This document shows positions 19,433 through 28,589 of a DNA stretch of 64,000 nucleotides, one piece after another. Below the pieces are notes generated by a model. It searched no databases. It saw only the letters and a program-made list of their open reading frames with translations, and was not told the DNA's origin. The position numbers were made by a program, and so were the translations under genes. The stretch's first letter is position 1. Each line of letters opens with the position of its first letter. The DNA comes from an uncultured Fibrobacteria bacterium (GTDB lineage Bacteria > Fibrobacterota > Fibrobacteria > UBA11236): assembly GCA_963716395.1 (NCBI GenBank), contig OY970309.1, positions 1,504,001-1,568,000 on the forward strand. Direction: 5' to 3'.

Positions 19433-21517
19433 TCAATACCCCGGGCCAACCGGAACGGTTACCCGCCGCGCGCCGACCACATCGATTACGCTGCGGGCCT
19501 TGAGCAGCGCTTCCTTCCATTCGGCCTCGGGATCCGAATCGGCCAAAACGGCCCCCCCGCAGCCCAGACGCCAATCACGTCCCCGCTGTTCCAGGGTGCG
19601 AATAGTCATGGCCAGGCAGAAGGCACCCCCCGAGAAATACCCCAGGGCGCCGGCATAGGCGCCGCGCGGTTCGGCCTCTATCGCGGCCAGCAACTCCACC
19701 GTGCGTTCTTTGGGCGCGCCCGTCATCGATCCGCCGGGAAAGCAGCTCCACACGGCCCCGCAGGGGTCCAAGGCCGGGTCGAGCCGCCCGCGGATTTCCG
19801 ACACCAGTTGATGAACGCCCGGATGGGTTTCGACCTCGAACAGCGCAGTAACCTGTACGCTACCCAGGGCGCACACGCGGCTGAAATCATGCCGGGTCAA
19901 ATCGACAATCATGCGGTTTTCGGCCCTCTCCTTGGGGTGATGGCGCAATTCTTCCCGCAATGCGGCGTCGCGTTCCGGTGTTGCGCCGCGCGGCCGGGTT
20001 CCCTTGATGGGCCGGCTACGCAAGCCGCCCTCGGGCGTGGCTTCGAGAAACAATTCCGGCGACGAGGATAAAAGGCGTAAGTCGTCGAAGACAAGATAAG
20101 CCGCATACGGCGCCGGATTCCCGCGCCGCAGCCGCCGGAATATGGAGAGCGCGTCGGCCGCGCTTTCGACCTTGAAAGCCTGGGTGAGGCAGGCCTCGTA
20201 GGTGTCGCCGGAAGCGATGGAGTGCTGCAGACGGCGCACGCACGCACAATAGCCGGCCTGCGGCAAATCGGCCCACCAGAGCAACAGGGGCGGCAAAGCA
20301 TCGGCGCCGTTTGTAGCTTCGGCCACTTTTTCCGCAGCCGGATTAGGCCAGCCGTCGCACACCGTTTGCAGCCATTCCGGCGGGTGCGGCGAATTTCCCC
20401 AGGCGGCGTAAACGCGGCCGCCGTGGTGATCGAAAATCACAAAGCCCTCGGGTTCCAGCCAACGTCCCAGCGGTTCTCCGTCGTCAGACCCGGCCGGCGC
20501 AGTACCAACGGGCATGGTGAGATGATGCAGCTCATACCCGAAATGGCCCACCGGTCCACCGCGATACCCGCACCAAGGCGCCGCGGCGTCGGCGTGGCAG
20601 GCTTGCCGGCGGGCGGCGAACAACTCCAACGGCGGCCCGGCGACCGACGCGCTGCGCCAGCGGGCGGAGGTTGCATCCCAACGCCGGATTTCCAGTCCGT
20701 CCCGGCGTAACCTGCAAACAACGTCGGCCTTTCCCATCGCGGTGACCGGCCACCCCGCAGCCGGGCGTGCCTGTTCGCCGTCGAGCCAGAAGGCGGCGCG
20801 CTCCCCGGCGAAATGCCGCACGAACACGGCTTCGGGATCGCGCCAGGGCAGCTCGCGCCAGCGCAGGTCGGCCGACACCGAAGCAGACATAGCGTGTGGC
20901 ACCGGGGGGTCACCCTGCGGTGGGACGGGTCGCGCCAACGGCGCGCCGAGAAAGTTTCGCAGCAGCGCTTTGCCGTGGGCGGTTCCCACGGATTCGGGAT
21001 GGAATTGCACTCCGAACCAGGGGCGGTCGCGAAAGCGCAGCCCCATGATCTGGCCGTCGTCTTCGGACCGGGCCGTGACTTCAATGTTACGGGGCAAGCC
21101 GTCTTCGGCCACCGTCAGCGAGTGATACCGGATGGCTTCGAAACCTGGCGGTAAGCCTTGGAACAAACCCCGTCCGTCATGCAGAATGCGGCTGGGCCGG
21201 CCGTGGCGCGCGCCGGGCCAGGGCAGAATGCGCGCGCCGGCGAAATGGGCCAGTCCTTGATGACCCAGGCACACGCCGAGAATCGGGCGCGCGGGAAAGA
21301 GTTCGAGCACGGCGCGGCAGATGCCGAAGTCGCGAGATTGCGCCGGGTGGCCCGGTCCCGGCGAAAACACGGCGGCGTCGAACTCGAGTTTCAGGAGGTC
21401 TGCTTCGGTGATGGCGTCATTGCTGACAAACCAAGGCTTTTCACCCGCCAGCTCCCACAAATAATGGAACAAAATGGCGCTGAAGGAATCGTGATTGTCG
21501 ATCAGCAGAACGCGCAT
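19433..21517 (-). CDS. pabB: Aminodeoxychorismate synthase, PabA-PabB fusion
   Basis: LLIDNHDSF, SPGPG, GVCLGHQG, RYHSL, QFHPES followed by SSPELF, PIKGT, KERAEN.MIVDL, FPGGSMTGAPK. Confidence 0.92.
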   Translation of the reverse strand: MRVLLIDNHDSFSAILFHYLWELAGEKPWFVSNDAITEADLLKLEFDAAVFSPGPGHPAQSRDFGICRAVLELFPARPILGVCLGHQGLAHFAGARILPWPGARHGRPSRILHDGRGLFQGLPPGFEAIRYHSLTVAEDGLPRNIEVTARSEDDGQIMGLRFRDRPWFGVQFHPESVGTAHGKALLRNFLGAPLARPVPPQGDPPVPHAMSASVSADLRWRELPWRDPEAVFVRHFAGERAAFWLDGEQARPAAGWPVTAMGKADVVCRLRRDGLEIRRWDATSARWRSASVAGPPLELFAARRQACHADAAAPWCGYRGGPVGHFGYELHHLTMPVGTAPAGSDDGEPLGRWLEPEGFVIFDHHGGRVYAAWGNSPHPPEWLQTVCDGWPNPAAEKVAEATNGADALPPLLLWWADLPQAGYCACVRRLQHSIASGDTYEACLTQAFKVESAADALSIFRRLRRGNPAPYAAYLVFDDLRLLSSSPELFLEATPEGGLRSRPIKGTRPRGATPERDAALREELRHHPKERAENRMIVDLTRHDFSRVCALGSVQVTALFEVETHPGVHQLVSEIRGRLDPALDPCGAVWSCFPGGSMTGAPKERTVELLAAIEAEPRGAYAGALGYFSGGAFCLAMTIRTLEQRGRDWRLGCGGAVLADSDPEAEWKEALLKARSVIDVVGARRVTVPVGPGY

Positions 21518-21592
21518 GCGCCGCAAAAGATACTGCCCGATGGGTGTCGTTCATTCGGCGCGCCGGCGACCTTGGGTTCTACTTTGGTCGCG

Positions 21593-22480
21593 ATGCGCCG
21601 CCGGCGGTTCCGAATCCTGGTTTGGCTTGGGTGGGCCGGGCTGTCGGCGGCGCGGCTTTGCGCGCAAGAGGCGCCTTACTCACTCAACCCCTATGCCGAA
21701 TCGGCTTGGCTGCTGTCGGCCTGGGCCGGAGATGCCATCGGCCAGCAGCGGTTGACCTCGATGACGCCGGCGCTCCCCGACGATTTGCACCGGGCCGATC
21801 TGGCGCCGTGGGATCGGTTTGCGGCGGGTTGGTACAATCCTGCGGCGGCCACGGCCAGCGACGTGCTGGTGGTGGCCGTAGCCGGCGCGGACGTTTACGC
21901 CGCCATGTGGGGCGCCGCCACCGGCGTGGCGGGCTGGCCCGCGGCCGGCGAAGACGCGGTGATGTTGGCCGAAACCCTGTCTTGGGATGCCGCGCTCAAT
22001 CTCAATGTGCGCGCCTTGCGTCTGCACCCGCGGCCGATGGTGTACGGCTCGAACGCACCTGCGAGCGAACGGGAGGCTCCGCAAGCGGCCGGCAGTTTTT
22101 ATTCCGGGCATGCCTCCGCGGCCTTTGCCGGCGCGGTGTTTCTGGCCACGGTGTACCCGCAGCGCCATCCGGAATTCCATCATCGAACCGCCTTGTGGGC
22201 AGGCGCCTTGGGTGCAGCCGCCTTAGTGGCCGGGTTGCGCGTGGCGGCCGGCAAGCATTTTCCCTCGGACGTGATCGCGGGAGCGGCGGCCGGAAGCTTC
22301 ATGGGCTGGGCGTTTCCCCTGCTTCATCGCAGCGGGGAAAATTCCGAAGGGCTGCGTTTATGGCCGATTCCGGACGGAGCGGCCGTGCAATGGGTTTACG
22401 CCTTTTCGCGCCACAGCTCCGCGGGCGCCCCCAAGGCGATGTCGGCGGCGTCGACGTCGAGCGGTTTGGAGAAGAAATAA
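21593..22480 (+). CDS. PAP2-family phosphatase
   Basis: Signal peptide; RP, SFYSGHAS and RVAAGKHFPSDVIAG motifs; 3' end overlaps convergent EAL gene. Confidence 0.85.
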   Translation: MRRRRFRILVWLGWAGLSAARLCAQEAPYSLNPYAESAWLLSAWAGDAIGQQRLTSMTPALPDDLHRADLAPWDRFAAGWYNPAAATASDVLVVAVAGADVYAAMWGAATGVAGWPAAGEDAVMLAETLSWDAALNLNVRALRLHPRPMVYGSNAPASEREAPQAAGSFYSGHASAAFAGAVFLATVYPQRHPEFHHRTALWAGALGAAALVAGLRVAAGKHFPSDVIAGAAAGSFMGWAFPLLHRSGENSEGLRLWPIPDGAAVQWVYAFSRHSSAGAPKAMSAASTSSGLEKK

Positions 22481-25104
22481 CCCTGGCCGTAACCCACGCC
22501 GTGGCGCAGCAGATGTTGCAGTTGCAGCGAGGTTTCGATGCCTTCGGCCACCACGTCCATACCCATGGTTCCGGCCATGGCGTTGATAACGCGGATGATT
22601 TCGTCTTCTTTGTTGCCAGCCTCCAGGCGCGACACGAAGGAGCGGTCGATTTTGAGCGTGTGAAAGGGAAAGCGATGCAGATAGCTCAACGAAGAATAGC
22701 CGGTGCCGAAATCGTCGAGGCTGAGTTGAAAGCCGAGCCCCCGCAGTTCGCGCAGCACTTCGGCAGCGCGATCGGGGTTGGCCATCAACGCGCTTTCGGT
22801 CAATTCGAGTTTCATCGACGACGGCGCCACGCCCGCTGCCGTACAGGCGCTGCGAATCTGCGCCGCCAGATTCGCGTCTTCGAGTTGCTTGCCCGAGACG
22901 TTCACAGCCATGGTCAGCGGCGGCTCGCCGGGAAAGCGATCCTGCCATGCGCGCAACTGGCGCGCCGCCTCTTCCGTCACCCATTTTCCCAAGCCCAGAA
23001 TGATTCCCGTCTCTTCGGCCACGGGAATGAAGTCGTCGGGAGGCACCAGCCGTTCTTGGGCGGGATGGCGCCAGCGCACCAGGGCTTCGAAGCCGGTGAG
23101 GCGGCGGTCGCGCAAATTGATGATGGGCTGATAATGCAGCAAAAATTCGCGGCGGTCGAGCGCCTTGCGCAAATCGGTTTCCAACCGCAACAGGTGAACG
23201 GCCTTGGCGTGCATCGAGGTGTCGAATACCGCGTAGCAGCCCTTGCCGTTGCCCTTGGCCCGGTTCAGGGCGGTGTCGGCGTCGCGCAGAATTTCTTCGG
23301 GGGCGCGGTACGAGGCCGTGCCCAGGGCGATGCCGATGCTGCCGGGGGCATAGACTTCCTGATCTTCGATGCGGATGGGTTCGGACATTTCACGCAGCAG
23401 GCGTTGTGCCAGATCTTCGGCCGGGCCCACGCGGTCGATGTCTTCCAGTAAAAATCCGAATTCGTCTCCGCCCAGGCGCGCCAGGGTCGCTCCCGCCGGC
23501 AGCAGGCGCTCGAACCGGCGTCCGAGTTCGATGAGCAAGGCGTCGCCGCGGGAATGCCCCATGCTGTCGTTGATCATTTTGAAGCGGTCGAGATCGAGTA
23601 AAAGCACCGCGCAGTGGTCGCCGGGCCGGCGCACGGCGCGATCCAGGGCCCGGCCCACGCGCTCGAGAAACAGGAAGCGGTTGGGCATGCCGGTCAAGGC
23701 GTCGTGCAGGGCGTCGTGCAGAATGCGCTCTTCCATCAGTTTGCGGGCGGTGATGTCGACCACCATGCCCTCGAAGAATTGCAGACGGCCGTCGGACGCG
23801 TTCACCCTGCGCGCGTTTTCCGAAATCCAGATCACGGTGCCGTCTTTGCGGCGTACCTGCGATTCGAAGTTATTCACCTTGCCTTGACTCGAGACCTCCG
23901 ACACGAATTCGGCGCGGCGCGCCGGGGCCAGGTAGGCTTCGGTCATGGCGCGGGCCGGCTGGGCCATGAGTTCTTCGGGATTTGCGAAGCCGAGAATCGT
24001 GGCCAGGGCGGGATTGGCTTTGCAAAATTGGCCGTCGGGTGCAGTCTGGTAAATGCCTTCCACGGCGTTCTCGAAAATGCTGAGGTATTGCTGGGTGGCC
24101 TGCTGCAGCGCCAGATCGGTTTTCTTGCGCTCGAGGGCGTTGATGAGCAATTCTCCCGCCACGCGCAACGTCGAAGCGTGCCCATCGGCCCAGCAACGCT
24201 CTTCGCGCAAGGACTCGATGGTCATATAGCCGCGAGCATTGCCCCGGTAGACCAGCGGTACCATCATCACCGAATGCGCCTGGCGCTGTTGGAACGAAGC
24301 GCGTTCGGCCTTGGCCTCGCCCGGCAGGGCGGCGAGGTTGCGCAAGAAAATCGAATGCAGGCCTTCCACCCTTTCCCGCAGCCACGGCATTTCCCGCAGG
24401 TCCACCGTGGGCGGTAGGGGCGGGGGATTCTCCAATTCCTTCGCGCGCCATTCATGCGAGCGCCCCAGCACATCATCGTTAGGATTTTGAAACTGGAGAA
24501 TGCTGATGCGGTCGGCGCCCGCCCATTGGCCCAGAATGCGAAAGGCGTACTGGATGCCCGCGTCGATGCGGTCGGCCGTGAGATTGATGAAATGGGTCGA
24601 CAGCGAGGTGATCATGGTTTCGATGTGCAGTTGTTCCTGCAGACGCCGGTTTTCCTCGCGCCAGGGGCTTTCCTGCATCGCTCCGAGCCATACCCATCGA
24701 CGCCGGTAGCGGTAGCGGGTGGCGGTCACCTGGAAATAAAGTTCGCGGTCCGAGCCTTCGTTCCAGGTCTCTTCCACCCGCACGGGCTGGCCGGCTTCCA
24801 GGCGCCCGTCGCTCAAAATCGCGCCGCAACGCCGCAGCACCGTCTTCCACGGCGCGCCGCGCCGGAGCGCCGCGTTTGGCCCCAACAATTTCTCCGCATA
24901 AAAATTGATCTCGATCACGGTTCCCGCGGGATCGAGCAGCACCAAGGCGACCGGGCAGGCCCGGAACCAGGCGGGAATGCCCGCGGCGCTTTCGCTCGGC
25001 GGCGGGGAATGCGGCAGCCAATCCGGGGAAGAAAAAGCCGAAGTCATGCCTTCGGTTTCCGCCATTTCCGGCCGCTGGGAAATCATTTTTCCTCGCACGC
25101 TCAT
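22396..25104 (-). CDS. PAS-GAF-PAS-GGDEF-EAL diguanylate cyclase/phosphodiesterase
   Basis: HDALTGMPNR, ARLGGDEF, FEALVRW, DDFGTGYSSLSYL, VVAEGIET. Confidence 0.93.
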   Translation of the reverse strand: MSVRGKMISQRPEMAETEGMTSAFSSPDWLPHSPPPSESAAGIPAWFRACPVALVLLDPAGTVIEINFYAEKLLGPNAALRRGAPWKTVLRRCGAILSDGRLEAGQPVRVEETWNEGSDRELYFQVTATRYRYRRRWVWLGAMQESPWREENRRLQEQLHIETMITSLSTHFINLTADRIDAGIQYAFRILGQWAGADRISILQFQNPNDDVLGRSHEWRAKELENPPPLPPTVDLREMPWLRERVEGLHSIFLRNLAALPGEAKAERASFQQRQAHSVMMVPLVYRGNARGYMTIESLREERCWADGHASTLRVAGELLINALERKKTDLALQQATQQYLSIFENAVEGIYQTAPDGQFCKANPALATILGFANPEELMAQPARAMTEAYLAPARRAEFVSEVSSQGKVNNFESQVRRKDGTVIWISENARRVNASDGRLQFFEGMVVDITARKLMEERILHDALHDALTGMPNRFLFLERVGRALDRAVRRPGDHCAVLLLDLDRFKMINDSMGHSRGDALLIELGRRFERLLPAGATLARLGGDEFGFLLEDIDRVGPAEDLAQRLLREMSEPIRIEDQEVYAPGSIGIALGTASYRAPEEILRDADTALNRAKGNGKGCYAVFDTSMHAKAVHLLRLETDLRKALDRREFLLHYQPIINLRDRRLTGFEALVRWRHPAQERLVPPDDFIPVAEETGIILGLGKWVTEEAARQLRAWQDRFPGEPPLTMAVNVSGKQLEDANLAAQIRSACTAAGVAPSSMKLELTESALMANPDRAAEVLRELRGLGFQLSLDDFGTGYSSLSYLHRFPFHTLKIDRSFVSRLEAGNKEDEIIRVINAMAGTMGMDVVAEGIETSLQLQHLLRHGVGYGQGYFFSKPLDVDAADIALGAPAELWREKA

Positions 25105-25288
25105 AACGACCTGCTGACCCGTACTCCGGCTCGAAGTTCACGGATCGGTTTCGGTTCTGCTTTCATCATACGGGTTGGCCGGGGGGAGCGAAACCCTGAA
25201 ATCCGCATGTCCCTGCAAAAAGATTTTGAGGAATTGGCGCCTGGCTTCCGCCGCTTCGCGATCTTTCCGGATTGCGCCCGGGGGCGGT

Positions 25289-26134
25289 TCATTGGAACAG
25301 GGCCAGAACGTCTTCGGGCGCCTGATTGGCTTGGCTGAGCATGGCCGTGGCGCTTTGCGACAGGATTTGCGCACGGGTGAAATTGGTGGTTTCCGTGGCG
25401 AAATTGACGTCGGCGATGCGCGACTCGGCGTCCTGCGTGTTGTAAATCTGGTTGTCCAGGTTGTTCATGGCGAACTGGAGTCGGTTCACATAGGCGCCCA
25501 AATCGGCGCGCACCGTGTTCACCGAAGTCAGCGCGGTGTCGATGAGCGACAGTGCCGACAAGGCCGAGGCATCGGTGCTTACGCCCGCATTGGCCAATCC
25601 CAGCGCGCCCAAAGTCATGGAGCCGATGGAGATGGTGATGCGGTCGACTGAGGTGCTGGAACCGGCGCCGATGTGCAGCACCGACGACACGCTGCCGGTG
25701 GCACCGAACGAACCGGCGGCCCCGTCGAGCAAGGTCATACCGTTGTACGAGGCCGAACCCGAAATGCGCTGGATTTCCTTGGAGAGCTGCCCGAATTCGG
25801 TATTGGTGTAGGAACGCTCGGTAGTGGTCATGGTGTCGGTGGCGCTTTGAATGGCCAGCTCGCGCATGCGCTGGAGAATGTCGTTGATTTGTCCGGCGGC
25901 GCCTTCGGCGATGTTGAGCAGGGCCGAGCCGTCGTTGGCGTTTTGCTTGGCCTGGGTCATGCCGTTGATGCGGGCGGTCATGGATTGCGAAATCGACAGG
26001 CCGGCGGCGTCATCGCTGGCGCGATTGATCCGGAGGCCGGTCGAGAGTTTTTCCAGGGAAGACGAGAGCGCCGTCTGGTTCTGGGATAGGGCGTCCTGCG
26101 TAATCATGGCCGCAATATTGTGATTGATGCGCAA
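25289..26134 (-). CDS. fliC: Flagellin (281 aa), copy 1, TTG start
   Basis: GGAGG SD then TTG-RINHN; LSTGLRINRASDDAAGL, RADLGAYVNRL, ESRIADVNFA. Confidence 0.95.
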   Translation of the reverse strand: MRINHNIAAMITQDALSQNQTALSSSLEKLSTGLRINRASDDAAGLSISQSMTARINGMTQAKQNANDGSALLNIAEGAAGQINDILQRMRELAIQSATDTMTTTERSYTNTEFGQLSKEIQRISGSASYNGMTLLDGAAGSFGATGSVSSVLHIGAGSSTSVDRITISIGSMTLGALGLANAGVSTDASALSALSLIDTALTSVNTVRADLGAYVNRLQFAMNNLDNQIYNTQDAESRIADVNFATETTNFTRAQILSQSATAMLSQANQAPEDVLALFQ

Positions 26135-26209
26135 TCCAAAACCTCCCTGTTCCGCATCGCCGGGCCGCATCCTTGCCGCCCGGGGCCGTTACACTTCGAC
26201 CCGATCTCT

Positions 26210-26237
26210 TTATCGGATCAGGCGAAGATTCACTTGA
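26210..26237 (-). promoter_or_regulatory. Sigma28-like promoter of flagellin copy 1
   Basis: TCAA-N16-TCCGATAA on minus strand. Confidence 0.6.
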
Positions 26238-26277
26238 AGATTTTCTTCAGCTTTGGATGGGCGCGGCAGCGCTCATG

Positions 26278-26310
26278 AAAAAGGCCCGAAGGGGAAAACC
26301 CTTCGGGCCT
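26278..26310 (-). terminator. Intrinsic terminator after flagellin copy 2
   Basis: 12-bp perfect stem AGGCCCGAAGGG/CCCTTCGGGCCT, 5-nt loop, U-run on minus strand. Confidence 0.85.
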
Positions 26311-26334
26311 GAATGTCCGCTCTGGTTTTTTTTA

Positions 26335-27180
26335 TCAGTGGAGCAGGGTCAGCACGGTGTTGGGCACCTGGTTGGCCTGGGCCAACATGGCCGTGGCGCT
26401 TTGCGACAGGATTTGCGCACGGGTGAAATTGGTGGTTTCCGTGGCGAAATTGACGTCGGCGATGCGCGACTCGGCGTCCTGCGTGTTGTAAATCTGGTTG
26501 TCCAGGTTGTTCATGGCGAACTGGAGTCGGTTCACATAGGCGCCCAAATCGGCGCGCACCGTGTTCACCGAAGTCAGCGCGGTGTCGATGAGCGACAGTG
26601 CCGACAAGGCCGAGGCATCGGTGCTTACGCCCGCATTGGCCAATCCCAGCGCGCCCAAAGTCATGGAGCCGATGGAGATGGTGATGCGGTCGACTGAGGT
26701 GCTGGAACCGGCGCCGATGTGCAGCACCGACGACACGCTGCCGGTGGCACCGAACGAACCGGCGGCCCCGTCGAGCAAGGTCATACCGTTGTACGAGGCC
26801 GAACCCGAAATGCGCTGGATTTCCTTGGAGAGCTGCCCGAATTCGGTATTGGTGTAGGAACGCTCGGTAGTGGTCATGGTGTCGGTGGCGCTTTGAATGG
26901 CCAGCTCGCGCATGCGCTGGAGAATGTCGTTGATTTGTCCGGCGGCGCCTTCGGCGATGTTGAGCAGGGCCGAGCCGTCGTTGGCGTTTTGCTTGGCCTG
27001 GGTCATGCCGTTGATGCGGGCGGTCATGGATTGCGAAATCGACAGGCCGGCGGCGTCATCGCTGGCGCGATTGATCCGGAGGCCGGTCGAGAGTTTTTCC
27101 AGGGAAGACGAGAGCGCCGTCTGGTTCTGGGATAGGGCGTCCTGCGTAATCATGGCCGAAATGTTGTGATTAATACGCAT
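26335..27180 (-). CDS. fliC: Flagellin (281 aa), copy 2
   Basis: GGAGG SD, ATG at 27180; flagellin N- and C-terminal motifs. Confidence 0.96.
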   Translation of the reverse strand: MRINHNISAMITQDALSQNQTALSSSLEKLSTGLRINRASDDAAGLSISQSMTARINGMTQAKQNANDGSALLNIAEGAAGQINDILQRMRELAIQSATDTMTTTERSYTNTEFGQLSKEIQRISGSASYNGMTLLDGAAGSFGATGSVSSVLHIGAGSSTSVDRITISIGSMTLGALGLANAGVSTDASALSALSLIDTALTSVNTVRADLGAYVNRLQFAMNNLDNQIYNTQDAESRIADVNFATETTNFTRAQILSQSATAMLAQANQVPNTVLTLLH

Positions 27181-27252
27181 GTCAAAAACCTCCGTGTTAC
27201 ACGTGTTTCTCTCGCGCATCCTTGCGGAGAGGTCGGCCGCGCCGATACCTTA

Positions 27253-27279
27253 TTTTCGGCCGGTTTTGAAAAGACTTTA
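27253..27279 (-). promoter_or_regulatory. Sigma28 promoter of flagellin copy 2
   Basis: TAAA-N15-GCCGAAAA, near-consensus FliA promoter. Confidence 0.8.
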
Positions 27280-27390
27280 ATTTTTACTTGGGCAATCCCT
27301 CGACGCTTCACGCAAGCTTTGAAAATTGCCGAAACTGTCCGGTTTCGGCCGGCTTCGAGGAGCGGGTCAGTCGGTAAAACGGAAATCACG

Positions 27391-27421
27391 AAAAAGGCCG
27401 GAGGGGATATCCCTCCGGCCT
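27391..27421 (-). terminator. Intrinsic terminator after flagellin copy 3
   Basis: Stem GGCCGGAGGG/CCCTCCGGCC followed by a U-run on minus strand. Confidence 0.85.
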
Positions 27422-27451
27422 GCGCTTAAAATCCCGGACCCGGAACGGGAA

Positions 27452-28297
27452 TTAGTGCAGCAGGGTCAGCACGGTGTTGGGCACCTGGTTGGCCTGGGCC
27501 AACATGGCCGTGGCGCTTTGCGACAGGATTTGCGCGCGGGTGAACTCGGTGGTTTCCTGGGCGAAATTCACGTCGGCGATGCGCGACTCGGCGTCTTGCG
27601 TGTTGTAAATCTGGTTGTCCAGATTGTTCATGGCGAACTGGAGCCGGTTCACGTAGGCGCCCAAATCGGCGCGCAAGGTGTTCACCGAAGTCAGCGCGGT
27701 GTCGATGAAAGACAGCGCCGACAACGCGGCGGCGTCCGTACTCACGGCGGCCGTGGCCAAGCCCAAGGCGCCCAGGGTGATGGAGCCGATCGTGATGGTG
27801 ATGCGGTCCACCGTGGTGCTGGAACCCGGGCCGATGTGCAACACCGACGACACGCTGCCGTAGGCGCCGAACGAGCCCGCCGCGCCGTCGAGCAGGGTCA
27901 TGCCGTTGTACGAGGCCGAACCGGAAATGCGCTGGATTTCGTTGGCCAACTGCTGGAATTCGGTGTTGGTGTAGGAGCGCTCGGTGGTGGTCATGGTGTC
28001 GGTGGCGCTTTGAATGGCCAACTCGCGCATGCGCTGGAGAATGTCGTTGATTTGTCCGGCGGCGCCTTCGGCGATGTTGAGCAGGGCCGAGCCGTCGTTG
28101 GCGTTTTGCTTGGCCTGGGTCATGCCGGAAATGCGGGCGGTCATGGTTTGCGAAATCGACAGGCCGGCGGCGTCATCGCTGGCGCGATTGATCCGGAGGC
28201 CGGTCGAGAGCTTTTCCAGTGAAGATGAGAGCGCCGTCTGATTATTGGCCAGGGCGTCCTGGGTGATCATCGCGGAGATGTTGTGATTAATGCGCAT
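27452..28297 (-). CDS. fliC: Flagellin (281 aa), copy 3
   Basis: AAGGAGGT SD; full flagellin motifs. Confidence 0.96.
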   Translation of the reverse strand: MRINHNISAMITQDALANNQTALSSSLEKLSTGLRINRASDDAAGLSISQTMTARISGMTQAKQNANDGSALLNIAEGAAGQINDILQRMRELAIQSATDTMTTTERSYTNTEFQQLANEIQRISGSASYNGMTLLDGAAGSFGAYGSVSSVLHIGPGSSTTVDRITITIGSITLGALGLATAAVSTDAAALSALSFIDTALTSVNTLRADLGAYVNRLQFAMNNLDNQIYNTQDAESRIADVNFAQETTEFTRAQILSQSATAMLAQANQVPNTVLTLLH

Positions 28298-28371
28298 GGT
28301 GCCTACCTCCTTGTTCCGCTCCCGGGCCCGCGTCCTTGCGGCGAGGTGATCGGATCAATCTGTTGATCTTT

Positions 28372-28399
28372 TTTTCGGAAGGTTGCGGGAGAAGGTTTA
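28372..28399 (-). promoter_or_regulatory. Sigma28-like promoter of flagellin copy 3
   Basis: TAAA-N16-TCCGAAAA on minus strand. Confidence 0.65.
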
Positions 28400-28589
28400 A
28401 GCATTTTATTGCGAGTCGTGACGGAAAGCGCAAACTTGAAGCAGAGCTTGACGGACAACTGCGAGACGGTTCGCAAAGGCCGTCGCGACGGGGCGAAATG
28501 CAAGTGAAGTCTGCAAAAAAAGTTGAAGCGATCCGCGAAGATTCGCGGCGCGCGGCGCCGCAACATCCGGCAACGGGTCAAAGATGCCG

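Noticed and set aside
22396-22480. 85-bp 3' overlap of convergent PAP2 and GGDEF-EAL genes as antisense regulation
   Set aside because: Probably a drifted stop codon in GC-rich DNA; nothing else supports a function
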